A stretch of DNA of 62,052 nucleotides from Harriotta raleighana (taxonomy: Eukaryota). Location: positions 1,415,961 to 1,478,012 of the forward strand of contig JBNZDD010013691.1 of assembly GCA_050575255.1 (NCBI GenBank), given 5' to 3'. The translations under genes were made by a program, and so were the position numbers. A model generated the notes under the pieces. The model saw only the letters and a program-made list of their open reading frames with translations. It searched no databases and was not told the DNA's origin. Below, piece after piece: positions 36,801-48,800 of this stretch (position 1 is the stretch's first letter; each line of letters starts with the position of its first letter).

Positions 36801-39800
36801 CCATTTATAACAATTAGAAAATGTGACATTTCTCATGCCATCTACAGTACATCCTGACATTTCATCCAGCTGGGAGAGAAAAGGCCAGAGAGAAGCTGCT
36901 TTAACTTCAGGCACAACCAACAAACTCCATTGCTTGACTCTCCGCAACCCTTGTTTTATTATTGCCTGGAGTATTCTGCTGTGCAAAGCATAAAATTGAT
37001 TCATTTGTAGATTTTTTTTCAGAAACATATGATTACACGGGCAGAATTATAGTCTACTACTCTCCAGTGTTTCCCTGGCAGTGGCCAAGTAAATTGGTTG
37101 CCAGGGAATGGAAAGTCCACTCTGTGCCGCAAACTCTAGCAGTGAGGAGAAAGACCCAGGTTTGAATTCCAGTGGATTTACCATCTGCAAGACCAGTGGT
37201 AAATCAATAACATCTGGTGAATTTTCTCATAATTATAAAGCTTTTCAAAAACTTTTCTTAGACTACATTAGCGGAGCCTGTCTCTTATGAACTTTAAGTC
37301 CCACTCATTGTATTGAATACAATAATGATCCTTACCTTTGATATACCACATTTCATTGACATTTCTCAAAGTGCTTCACACGATATACTGTGTGGTGACT
37401 ATAGACAGAGTATTGTGGTGATAACTTAGACTATAAGTTTAAAGTCCCAACATGGGGCTAGAAACCAACAACCTTCCAATTTGAAAGTAAGAGCGCAACC
37501 ATAGGAGCCAAGCTAATAGCAGAATTTCCAAAGTTACTGAAGTTCACATCCTAAACTAACCAATAACTCTTGACTGAAATTCTAATATTTATTCATACAT
37601 TTAGTGCAATTATTAGTAACACATTTTTCATCCCTGAATGTTTTCTACCATATCTTCTTTTGGGTAGGATGTCATGTGTCTTTGCATTCGAGCTCCATGT
37701 CAGGACTTTGAGTTCATAGTCTAGAGCAGTAGCTTCCAAACTTTAAATAGCGCGTCCCCCACTAACTCAGCAAAGTTTTCATTGCACCCCCCCCCCCTTC
37801 ACACTCTGGTCCACACACTTGGGTCCTCGGCTCCACACGCACTCAGGGGATCGAGACTCTAAAGCTCCGCAAAGCTCTTTGGGTCCTCACCCCCTGTCCT
37901 CACTGTAGCTTGTTAAGACTCGAGCTGCTTTTGGTCACCCACCACAGTGTCCACTCTGAGCTGCCCTGCCTTCCTTTGTTTTTCTCTCTTCACCCCCTTG
38001 GCAAATGAGGCCAAAAAAAATATATAGAAATGTGAAATGAAAGTTTCAGTGTTTTCTAGTCGACCTTCAATAATAATCAGACAAAAACGCCAAATACTGC
38101 AGATGCTGGAAATCTGAAACAGAAGTTACTGGGAAAACTCAGCAGGTCAGGCAGCATCTATGGAGAAAGAAAAAGTGAGTCACAGTTTTGGGTCCACGAC
38201 CCTTCGTCAGAACAATAATAATCAGTCATTGGTTGTTAAGCTATCATCGTCAACAACTTTTCTGCTTCTTCCTTCATTATTTTGGAGCTCTACTGCCAAA
38301 CATCCGTGCCCCCTTAGCTAACGGTAGGCACCCCCTAAGGGAGGCGCACCCCACAGTTTGGAAACCACTGAAAAATTTGTAATTGCATTGTCGTAGGTGC
38401 CAACTTTTGGTTAAGACATTAAACCAAGGTCCCATCTGCCTATTCCAATGGATGTTAAATGTTCAATGTTAAATGTTCACTTGACAGTGTCCTGGGGCAG
38501 TATCCTCTAGATAAAATTAATGATCCACTTCATTTCTGTTGCACAAATTGGTCGCTGCAAATGCAGAATCACTAGAATTTGCTAATTCTTTGGGGAGTCA
38601 TTTGAGATGTTCTAATATGTTATAGGCATTGTATTAAATAATAATCTTTGAATTTGATATAGTGCTTTTCATGTCTTCTAAACATCTCTACGCACTTCAC
38701 AGAATATACTGTAAAATGAATTGACTGTATATTTGTGGGAAAAACACCCAAGCCAATTACACACCGTATTGACCCATAAGCAGTCATGAAAAATGACCAA
38801 TTTATTATCATTTGTTTTGAGGGATTATTATCAGGCTGTGGAGTAAGGAAACCTGCCCAAGGTTTCGCCCTGGTCTGGAATTGAACCCAGGTCTCGCGCT
38901 TATACAGCGAGTGCCCTAACCGCTGAGCTACAGGACTCCGCAATATCAAAATTCTATATGTATTGCAGGCCTGTTGTAGTGCAATTTGATTTTAACGTAG
39001 TTGCAGTGTGGACTCCATTCTGATTCTCATACGCCAGCTAACTTTTGTCATCAAATGACCGACTTCCAGATCATCAGATCACTGTCAACATCACTTCCTG
39101 CTCATTAAGCATATGCAGAGCTCAGGGAGACACATTAGTGGAGATCTGCTGAAACAGAAGTTGGTCGCTTTGGCTTCCAGAATTAAAGAAGTGGCCAAAG
39201 GAATCAGTTCATTTCCAATGTCACTTCCTGCTTTACAAGTGTGTTATTTTTAAAATATGTACAAAGTCCTGTTACCTCTATGTGCTCCACACAATGTACT
39301 GACTCAACAACTAAAACATATGGAAGAATGATGATAATTATACTTCCTGCATAAGTAGTTCATTGTATTCAGTACAAGTGCTTAACTGTAGTTACTTATA
39401 CAGAGGATTGGGGTGTATGAGCACCATAATTTTCATGGCAGATAATGATCCGTTGCCAAGTTTGGTGCCATATCTTTTTCACCAATGAAATATAGTCAAT
39501 TTATTTTACAGTATATTCTGTGAGATGTCTCAAAGACGTGATAAGGCAATGTATCAAATGAAAGGATTATTATTATTATCTTCAGTAACATGGATGGAGT
39601 AATGAGTTGGCATCAGACATTGTTACATTTGACTGATCTGCAACAAAAAATAAAAATCATTGTAAGAAAAAAATGGGGGTGTGGATGCAACACGACTTTG
39701 TGAACAACCTGTAGGCAGTGCTGATGTACAATGAGCAGTGCTGGCTGGCTGTCTACACTTAGAGTGAAACTGCCTATTGCAACAATTTACAGAATGAATC

Positions 39801-42800
39801 CCAATCATCATGTAACAGGGCTCTAAGGATAAAAGGGAGATGAACCACAGTTGAAAGGAGAGAGGGGCCACGGTTGAGGGGGAAGTGCCTACAATTACCT
39901 CTGAGCAATCTTATGAGTTCCATCAATGTAAGGATCTGGTTCTAGTTAGTTCAGGGAATTAAAGCGGTAAATCTATGGTATTAAAAATTAATAGGGGAAC
40001 AATATGAAACTTACCCATGCAGTGATTACAGGAATGTCCTGACAATTAACATCTGAAATACAATACTATACAAGAATCCTAGGAAGTTTTACAGAAGCTA
40101 TTGAGGGCTATAAATAACTTCCTCTCATTCAATTCTATGTCTGCTGGTCAGTCCCAGCTAGAGGATATGCAGGCAACAGTGTGCTGCAGACTCCTCGGTA
40201 ACTTCTTGCTCCATGGATCACTTAGCCTTTATGTTGGGTCCTGTCCCAAACATGCAGTTATGTATGGCTTGGTGTCAGTAATAATTAACCAGTGTGTAAA
40301 ACTCTTTAGCCTAATACCATTGTTCACTGAGTGAGTGAATCATCTGGCAGGTGCTTTTGTATCAAGACTTCTCTGCTTAGCTCAATAATTGGCTCATGAG
40401 GCCTCTGATAGGATTACAGTAACTAAGCTGTAGTCTCACACAGCTCTCTGTCGCATATGGAGATGTGGTTGGAGTTACTGTATAACAAGTCACATTTTCC
40501 ACAGGTTGAATTAACGATGGCCAGCAATGCAATTTAAACCAATCAGGAAATGAACGAGTTGTAATTTAAACAGGGGAGAGAATGAGGTAACTGAAGCTTT
40601 TATCACAATTGGCAAAAATGTAGAAAGTCAAACGTATTCTCTCAACACGTCAAACCCTTTGGTAAATCACAGATTAATAACAATAGGGATGGTATGACTG
40701 AGGTCTGTCATGATTTCCTACCTATATTGGGAGTCTATAAACGATTTCCCATTATATACTCGAGCAAAAAGAGCCCTAGTAGTAGTGACTAGCACACCAA
40801 CAGCTAAACCCTCTGGTCTGTTTTTATTTTTAAATGTCACTGCAGCCATTTCTTTGAGGATATCAGCCATTTTTAATTCTGGATTGAGAGATCACAGACC
40901 TAGTATAAACTAAACACAAGGTCATATGATTGTTTCAAATGAAGAAGGTCCTTCCACCCAACCAATTTCGCACTCCCAGAATTCTCATCTACGATCTAGC
41001 CAACACTGTTTTTTTTAATTACTCAACCTTCTTCCCTGCAATTTGTTGCAATCATAACTATCATAACCTTTACCCTCTGGGCAATGAAATACATCTTGTT
41101 ATCTGTCCTGATATTGCCTTTTGCATCTCTAAATCTGTATTCTCTACTATCCTGGTGCATCCATTGTTGTCTTTAAATTGTAACTATTTCATAAAACCCA
41201 AAGCAAGACTAATCTCATTTGCACAAATGTTTACAGAATACGGTGAACACAACAAATTCCACACCTGGCATTTTTGCTTTAATAATGGGGTCTGCCTTAT
41301 ATTCCCATTGCATTACCCATTGTAAGGACCTACCAAAACAATTACCATTTTTACTGATTTAGTGATTTGTGTAAAAAAAAGACTGATTTCTATTTGAGTT
41401 ATTAGAAATGACAGAGGCCTGTATGGGTCCTAGTATGACAGGATTCTTTTATTTATGAGTTAAGGTTGTGGCCACTGAATCAGAAATTTTAGGGTTCAAG
41501 CCCATGCTGGGATTTTGAATTCATGTGTTCTGACATTCCAGTGCAGTGCTGGAATAAGCTGTATTGTTGCAGACGACATTCTTCGGTTGAGATGTTTAAC
41601 CTTTAGACTTTAAATTGGTTGCTTTGTTTGCCTACAATATATACAGTCACTGCTTTACACAGACAATTCTGGGACTCTACTTTGTGCCCACTTTCTGGAA
41701 CATCTCTTCTTAAATCCCTCCAGTTGGCATGCTCCCTCTCTTGTTTTCAAATCCTGTCTAAAAACCTATCTCTGACTGCACTTTCGTAAACCTCCCTCCA
41801 ACCAACTCCCCTGTAAAGTGCTCTAGACAACTTACCATTCACAACCAAGGCCGTTCACGGTCTTGCCCCAGCCTATCACTCTAACCTGCTGTCTCCCTAT
41901 CAGCCTGCCCACACCCTTCGTTCAGCAGACTCAGGCCTGTTCCACATCCACCGCCCTAACCACCCAACCATCGGTGGCCAGGCTTTCAGCCTCTCTGCCC
42001 CCACACTTTGGAATTCCATGCCACAGTCCCTCCGCCTTGCTTCCTCCCTTTCCTCCTTCAAGACCGGTCTCAAGACCTTCCTCTTCGACCGCGCTTTTGG
42101 TTCGCCCCCACCCTAACTCTTCCCACTTTCCTTCCCCCTACCCCAATCCCCCCCATGCTCGGGTCTCGACCTGACTGTTCAGCGCTTTGGGACGTCCTCC
42201 CGACATGAAAGGCGCTATACAAGTGTAATTTTGTTGTTTTTGTTACTCAAATTAACAGTGTTATACATGCGTAAGTCATTGTAATTTCGCAACTTCCTGC
42301 TGCTTTCCAGGCTTGTAGTTAAAGAGTTAAAGAGTAACTCTTCTCCCGAATCAAACCCTCACTTGTGACTGCAGTGATTCTGGGCTTTCGATCAAACCTA
42401 TGGAAGAAGCAGCTGCAGCAATGGAAAGCTGGCTAACTTTGCTGAATGTTGCCGTGGGTGGTCGCTGGGCTTTCAGCGGGCCCAAAATAACAATGGATTT
42501 CTACAGTGGGGCCTTCCACAATGATGTGGCGAAATGTTATCACCTGGAAACATCAGCAAGTTAAAATCCCTTTCAATAGTCCATAAGCCATCAGCCAGCA
42601 AAGAGGGAGTGAAGCTAGCTCACAAGTTTTTGCTGCCAATAGTTTTTTTTACACACACACAACCACATCATGTAGGAATCATGTTGTAGCGAGAGGTTTA
42701 ATACCGGTGTTGGTTCTATATTTGCACTGAGCATGTTTATTAATATTAGTGGTTTGAGAGGGGGATAAACGGTCTGGGTTAAAGGATTCCTCATAACCGA

Positions 42801-45800
42801 CTGATATTGTGCACAGATCATTTCACTCTGAGGTTCAGGAGGCTAGAGTGATTGCAGGGAGCTGATATGAAAAAGGGATGGTGGAAAGAACAAAACTAAG
42901 ATTTTGGGGGGCCATCAGCCAGGTGTCTGACACATGCGGAAACCCATCATTATGCTTAAGATTATCCAAACTGAGCTGAGAGTTCCATGCATCCCACCCA
43001 CTCATGAAAACCTCAGCGATAGATTGTTGGAAAGGAAGGCACACCCTCTCCCTGGAAGGACACATCCTGTTTACCTAATTCCAGAAAGTATTAGATGCAG
43101 GATGCAGAGTCAAGGCTTGGGTACAGCAGAGTGTGCTTTGGGATACTGCCGGAATATAACCAACCATTGGTATCACTGCCTGGCAAGCTAAGGTGTAACA
43201 CAGTGGTGGCTTTTTGGTATCAATGTATTTCCGTCTCCATTTTCAGGTTGTACAGAGGTGACACGGGCTATTGTAGCACCTATCGAGGTGAAGTGTGCAA
43301 AGGGCTCCTGGAAGAAGGCTCACTTGTTTTCTTCAACTCTTCTTATGCTGACCCGGAGGAGATGCAAGAGATGCTGGCTCGTGGAGCCTGGGCGGAGCTG
43401 GATCGAGTGAACCCGTTGTGCAGGCCGGCTGCAGAATCATTACTTTGCCGCTTTCTGTACCAGAAATGCAATCCCTCTAGGTCAGGGCCTGCTCCTAAGC
43501 CTGTGTGCAGGTAGGACTGCGGCAGAGGCATTGGCTGTGATTTGACAAGTTTACTGTTCATTAACCAAGCTAACAACAACAATGACAACAAGTGCAATTA
43601 TAGCTTAGACCATTTTCTAGCTTAAACGGAGGAGTCACCAGCTCCTCCATCCAATCCTACATGCCTTAGCCATTCTCTACTCAAGCTCTGATTGTGAGGA
43701 AATGCTGGAATTCTTTGAGTCTAAAATTGAGGGGATTTGTTCAGCTGCCTTCACCCTCCCAACCATCACTCCTTCCCCATCTCTCCCCTCACACTCTGAC
43801 CCCTACCCTTCCTTCCCTCCACATTTTCAAACCTGTTTCTCCCTCCTCTCTCATCATCACCATATTCCAATATGAGGCACACCACCTGCTCCCTTAACTC
43901 CATTCCCATCCATCTCCTTACTAACAGCTTTACCTCCTTTCCCCTCTATTCTGACACCATCAATCTCTCCCTTTCATCAGGCACTGTTCCCATCCCCTTA
44001 AATCCCTAGATTCCTGTAGCTCAGTGGTTACGGCACTTGCCTCACAAGCAAGAGATCTGAGTTCGATTCTAGGCAGTGCGAAACCTTGGACAAGTTTCCT
44101 TACTCTACATACCTGAAAATAATCCCTCCAAAAAAACTACAATAATAAAATTGGTCATTTCAATCCGTGACTGTTTGTGGGACACTGCTGTGCGCAATTG
44201 GCTGCCGCGTTCCGCCCACAAATATACTGTCAATTCACTTTACAATATATTCTGTGAAGCGCTTTGGGACGTTGATAAGATGTGAAAAGCGCTATATCAA
44301 ATGCAAGGATTATTATTATTAAACAGAGGCATGTGGAGTAAGGAAATGTACCTAACATTTCGCCTGCCGGGAATCAAACCCACATCCTCTCGTATTTTGA
44401 TGGCTTATTATTTAGGGGCTGAATTGTTCAGAAAAATGCAAAGTAACTTTTTAAAAAAAAATGTAAAACTGTATTGCATTTAGTACTGGACCATTCTTTC
44501 TTTCTTCCAGAGAGCACTGTCTGGCAGTGAAAGAACTCTATTGTTACAGAGAATGGCAGTCCATGGAAGATAACTCACGCAATGGCCTTTATACAGCAAG
44601 TCTGATCCTGACCTTGCCGGACTGCAATCGCCTTCCCAGCATGTACCAGGACCCAGACACGTGCACAAAAGTCTCCTTTCTTGGTAATTACTCCCTCGTT
44701 GAAATGTTAATGGGTTTCAGGTACCCAACATAGCAATTCTTCAGAGCTAATCTCAGTGACTAACTGCAATACACAGTTTAATGAATGACTTCAATGAGCA
44801 AACTGGCAATTTTCTGTACTCAATTAGTTCCTCTTGTGCCCTTTTATCTTTCAGACATGAAGAAAGATCTCATTACCAGTGAGTAAATATGCCCCCTGCT
44901 GCTGTTCACTGCCATGCTGGGAACAGTAAATCAGATATAATTACAGTCGCTGCGTTTGTTGAAAATGTGTGCATAAGATCACATGACATGAATAATCAAT
45001 GCAATCAATACATGACATGAATAATCAATGCATAATGTTTGATAATACTCCTCCACATAAATACATTTTCCTTCCACTTTCCTCCCAGGCTGTTTCTGAA
45101 ACTAAATATAAAATGCAGGGTTTGCAGCACTTGTTTATTTCACCAGCAGCGCTGAGTTTTCGACATCCTCGTCCTCACTTTCAAGGCCATTCACGGCCTT
45201 GCCTCCGCCTATCTCTCTGACCTGCTCTCCCTATCAGCCTGCCCATCCCTTCCATTCAGCGGGCTCTGGNAAATGTACCTAACATTTCGCCTGCCGGGAA
45301 TCAAACCCACATCCTCTCGTATTTTGATGGCTTATTATTTAGGGGCTGAATTGTTCAGAAAAATGCAAAGTAACTTTTTAAAAAAAAATGTAAAACTGTA
45401 TTGCATTTAGTACTGGACCATTCTTTCTTTCTTCCAGAGAGCACTGTCTGGCAGTGAAAGAACTCTATTGTTACAGAGAATGGCAGTCCATGGAAGATAA
45501 CTCACGCAATGGCCTTTATACAGCAAGTCTGATCCTGACCTTGCCGGACTGCAATCGCCTTCCCAGCATGTACCAGGACCCAGACACGTGCACAAAAGTC
45601 TCCTTTCTTGGTAATTACTCCCTCGTTGAAATGTTAATGGGTTTCAGGTACCCAACATAGCAATTCTTCAGAGCTAATCTCAGTGACTAACTGCAATACA
45701 CAGTTTAATGAATGACTTCAATGAGCAAACTGGCAATTTTCTGTACTCAATTAGTTCCTCTTGTGCCCTTTTATCTTTCAGACATGAAGAAAGATCTCAT

Positions 45801-48800
45801 TACCAGTGAGTAAATATGCCCCCTGCTGCTGTTCACTGCCATGCTGGGAACAGTAAATCAGATATAATTACAGTCGCTGCGTTTGTTGAAAATGTGTGCA
45901 TAAGATCACATGACATGAATAATCAATGCAATCAATACATGACATGAATAATCAATGCATAATGTTTGATAATACTCCTCCACATAAATACATTTTCCTT
46001 CCACTTTCCTCCCAGGCTGTTTCTGAAACTAAATATAAAATGCAGGGTTTGCAGCACTTGTTTATTTCACCAGCAGCGCTGAGTTTTCGACATCCTCGTC
46101 CTCACTTTCAAGGCCATTCACGGCCTTGCCTCCGCCTATCTCTCTGACCTGCTCTCCCTATCAGCCTGCCCATCCCTTCCATTCAGCGGGCTCTGGCCTG
46201 TTCCATGTCCCGCCGCCCGAATCGCCCCACCATCGGTGGCCCTACTTTCAGCCTCTCTGCCCCTACACTCTGGAATTCCATCCCACAATCCCTTTGCCTC
46301 GCTTCCTCATTTTCCTCCTTCTCAAGACCTTCCTCTTCGACCATTCCTTCTGCTGCCCTCCTAACTCTCCCCCTTTACCTACTCTTGTTTCCCCTACCCC
46401 AAGCCTTCCCTCCCGCTCGTGTCCCGACCTAACTGTTCAGCATCTTGGGACGTCCTCCTGACATAAAAGGCGCTCTTTAAATGTCATTTTATTGTTGTTG
46501 TTGAATTGTTTTTAAAAGTCAAGTAGAGTTAGACATTGAGAGCTGACGAAGGGTCATGTACCCGAAACATTGACTCAACATTGCTTTTTCCAAAGATGCT
46601 GCCTGACCTACTGAGTTTTCCTAGCATTTTCAGTTTTTGTTTTAGAGTTAATCATTGGCTGGGTCAATAAACATTTGCAACAACAACAACAAAATTATAC
46701 TTATATAATGCTTTGGATCCGAGCTGGAGGTTGGGATTCGGGGAGGGTGGGAAGCAGGGGGATGAAGGAGGGTGAACAAAGGCACGGCCAAAGAGGAGGA
46801 TTTTGAGACAGATCTTGAAAGAGGCAATGCAGGGCATGAGGAGGATGGACTGTAGGGTGTAGTTCCAGAGGGTGTGGCAAGGCAGGGGATGGAAGCAAGC
46901 TGGAACCTGCGGAGAGAGTGGGAAAGTTGGTAGGGAGTTAGGAGTCATAGAGTTTGGGGGGAGCAAGGCCCTGGACGGTTTTAGAGGTGTGTGGTTGGAA
47001 GCCAGTGGACTCAGGCCAGGATGGGTGTGATAGAATAGCATAGGTGTGGGAGAGGACCCGAGCTGAAAAGTTTTGGATGGTCTGCAGCCTATGGAAGGAG
47101 TAGTTGGGAGGCCGACAAGCGGGGAGTTTGAGTAATCGAGCCTGGACGTTATGCACATGAGTGTCTCAGCGGTCTCAGTGGATGTAAGACAGTGGAGGAG
47201 CAGTGCAATGTTGCAGAGGTGGGGAAGGCACATTATGACATGGCATAGATATTTGGTAGAAAGGATAGTTGAGGGTAAAATAAGACACCAAGTTGGATTG
47301 GCTTGGCTCAGAGTATGCATCCTCGAATGGTAATGCTGTCATACGAACATCAGAACAGGAATAGGCTATTCAGCCCTTCAAGCCTGTTCCGCCATTTAGT
47401 TAGATCATGGCTGATTTGTCCGGTAACTAATCCTTTCAATTCCAATTTTCTCTTTCTCCCTATATCCCTTAATATCCTGACCTACCAAAAATCTATGAAC
47501 CTCACTCTTGAAGTTAAGAAGGACCTCAGTCTTGTTGACATTCAGCTGTAGAAAGTTAGTTCTCATCCAGGACTTGATGTCTGGCAGATATTCTTTCAGA
47601 ACAGGCCTTGGAGTTGAGGGTGGAGGCAGAGAGATTCAGTTGGGTATCATTGCATACATATGGAAATTGACGGGAGAGGAATGAGCGAAGCTGGGAAACA
47701 GGACCTTGGGAAGGAAAGGGAGCTTGGAGATGGGGGGGGTAATTTGAGAGCAAGGATGCATCCAGGGAGAGTTTTTTTTATTAAGGCTAGGAGTGATGAC
47801 GGCTGTTTTTAAATGGGTTTTTAAATGGTGCCAATGGATAGAAATTAATGATGTCAGTGAGTAGAGGGGCAAGGAGGTGGAGCTGGGAGGTAAGGAGGTT
47901 GGTAGGGATGGAGGTGAGAGAGCAGATGGTCAGTTTCATCTGTGTTATAGTGGTAATGAGAGAGGTGGGGGAAACAGGTTTGAAGGTGTGGAGGAAGGGA
48001 TGGATAAGTTGATGTGAGACAGATTTTGTGAAACAACCTGCATTAAAACTATAGGCATATATTTCCTGTACATGTAATGTTTAACATAATAAAAATGTTA
48101 AACTATATAGTAGAGCACTTACAAAGAATTGGGTGCAGGAGTTCAGTTTAGGCCGGGCAATGAGCAAATAGACTGCAGTAATGTCCCGCAACTGCCATTT
48201 CACTCACTGGTGGGCGAAGCACTGTTTTCACAATCCCAAAACTCCCTGTGCCAAGCAATGCCCGACTAGAACTTTTCTACTCACATCAGCAGCATCAAGC
48301 AAACAGCGCCAGAGATGCTGGTATGTACAAGTTTGTAGCGGAGGGAGTGTTTATAGCAGAGGAGGGTGTTTGTAGCAGATTACACAGAAAAAGTGCAGCC
48401 ACACTTTTCTATTGGCACAGGTCATTGGCAACTTTAAGATCATTCAACTTCTTGCTGTCTCTTCCTGGTTCTATTCATTACTGCTCAGAATATTTTTGCT
48501 TCAAATGTCAACGAAAACCAAAGGTCAAATGTTGAACTTCATGAACATTCGTTGGTTTGGAGTATGACCAAAAAGACGGAGATTAAAATTGAGCCACACT
48601 GCTCATCTGAAGTTCATTTAGCTGACTTACCTAGGGTATTAAACTGGGTGGATATAATTTCACTGTTGAAATTCACAAACACAGGAACATTACCCTCAGG
48701 AAAATGTTGAACATTCCACATCCTTTGGCATTTCAACATGTTTCCAGTATAGGAACTGTCCACCAAACTGCTGAAGATAGCACAATAATTCCATACTTAA

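Noticed and set aside
45438-45805. Duplicated exons 10-11 as a real tandem or mutually exclusive exon system
   Set aside because: No visible divergence, a single-N junction and a frame-breaking length point to an assembly artefact.
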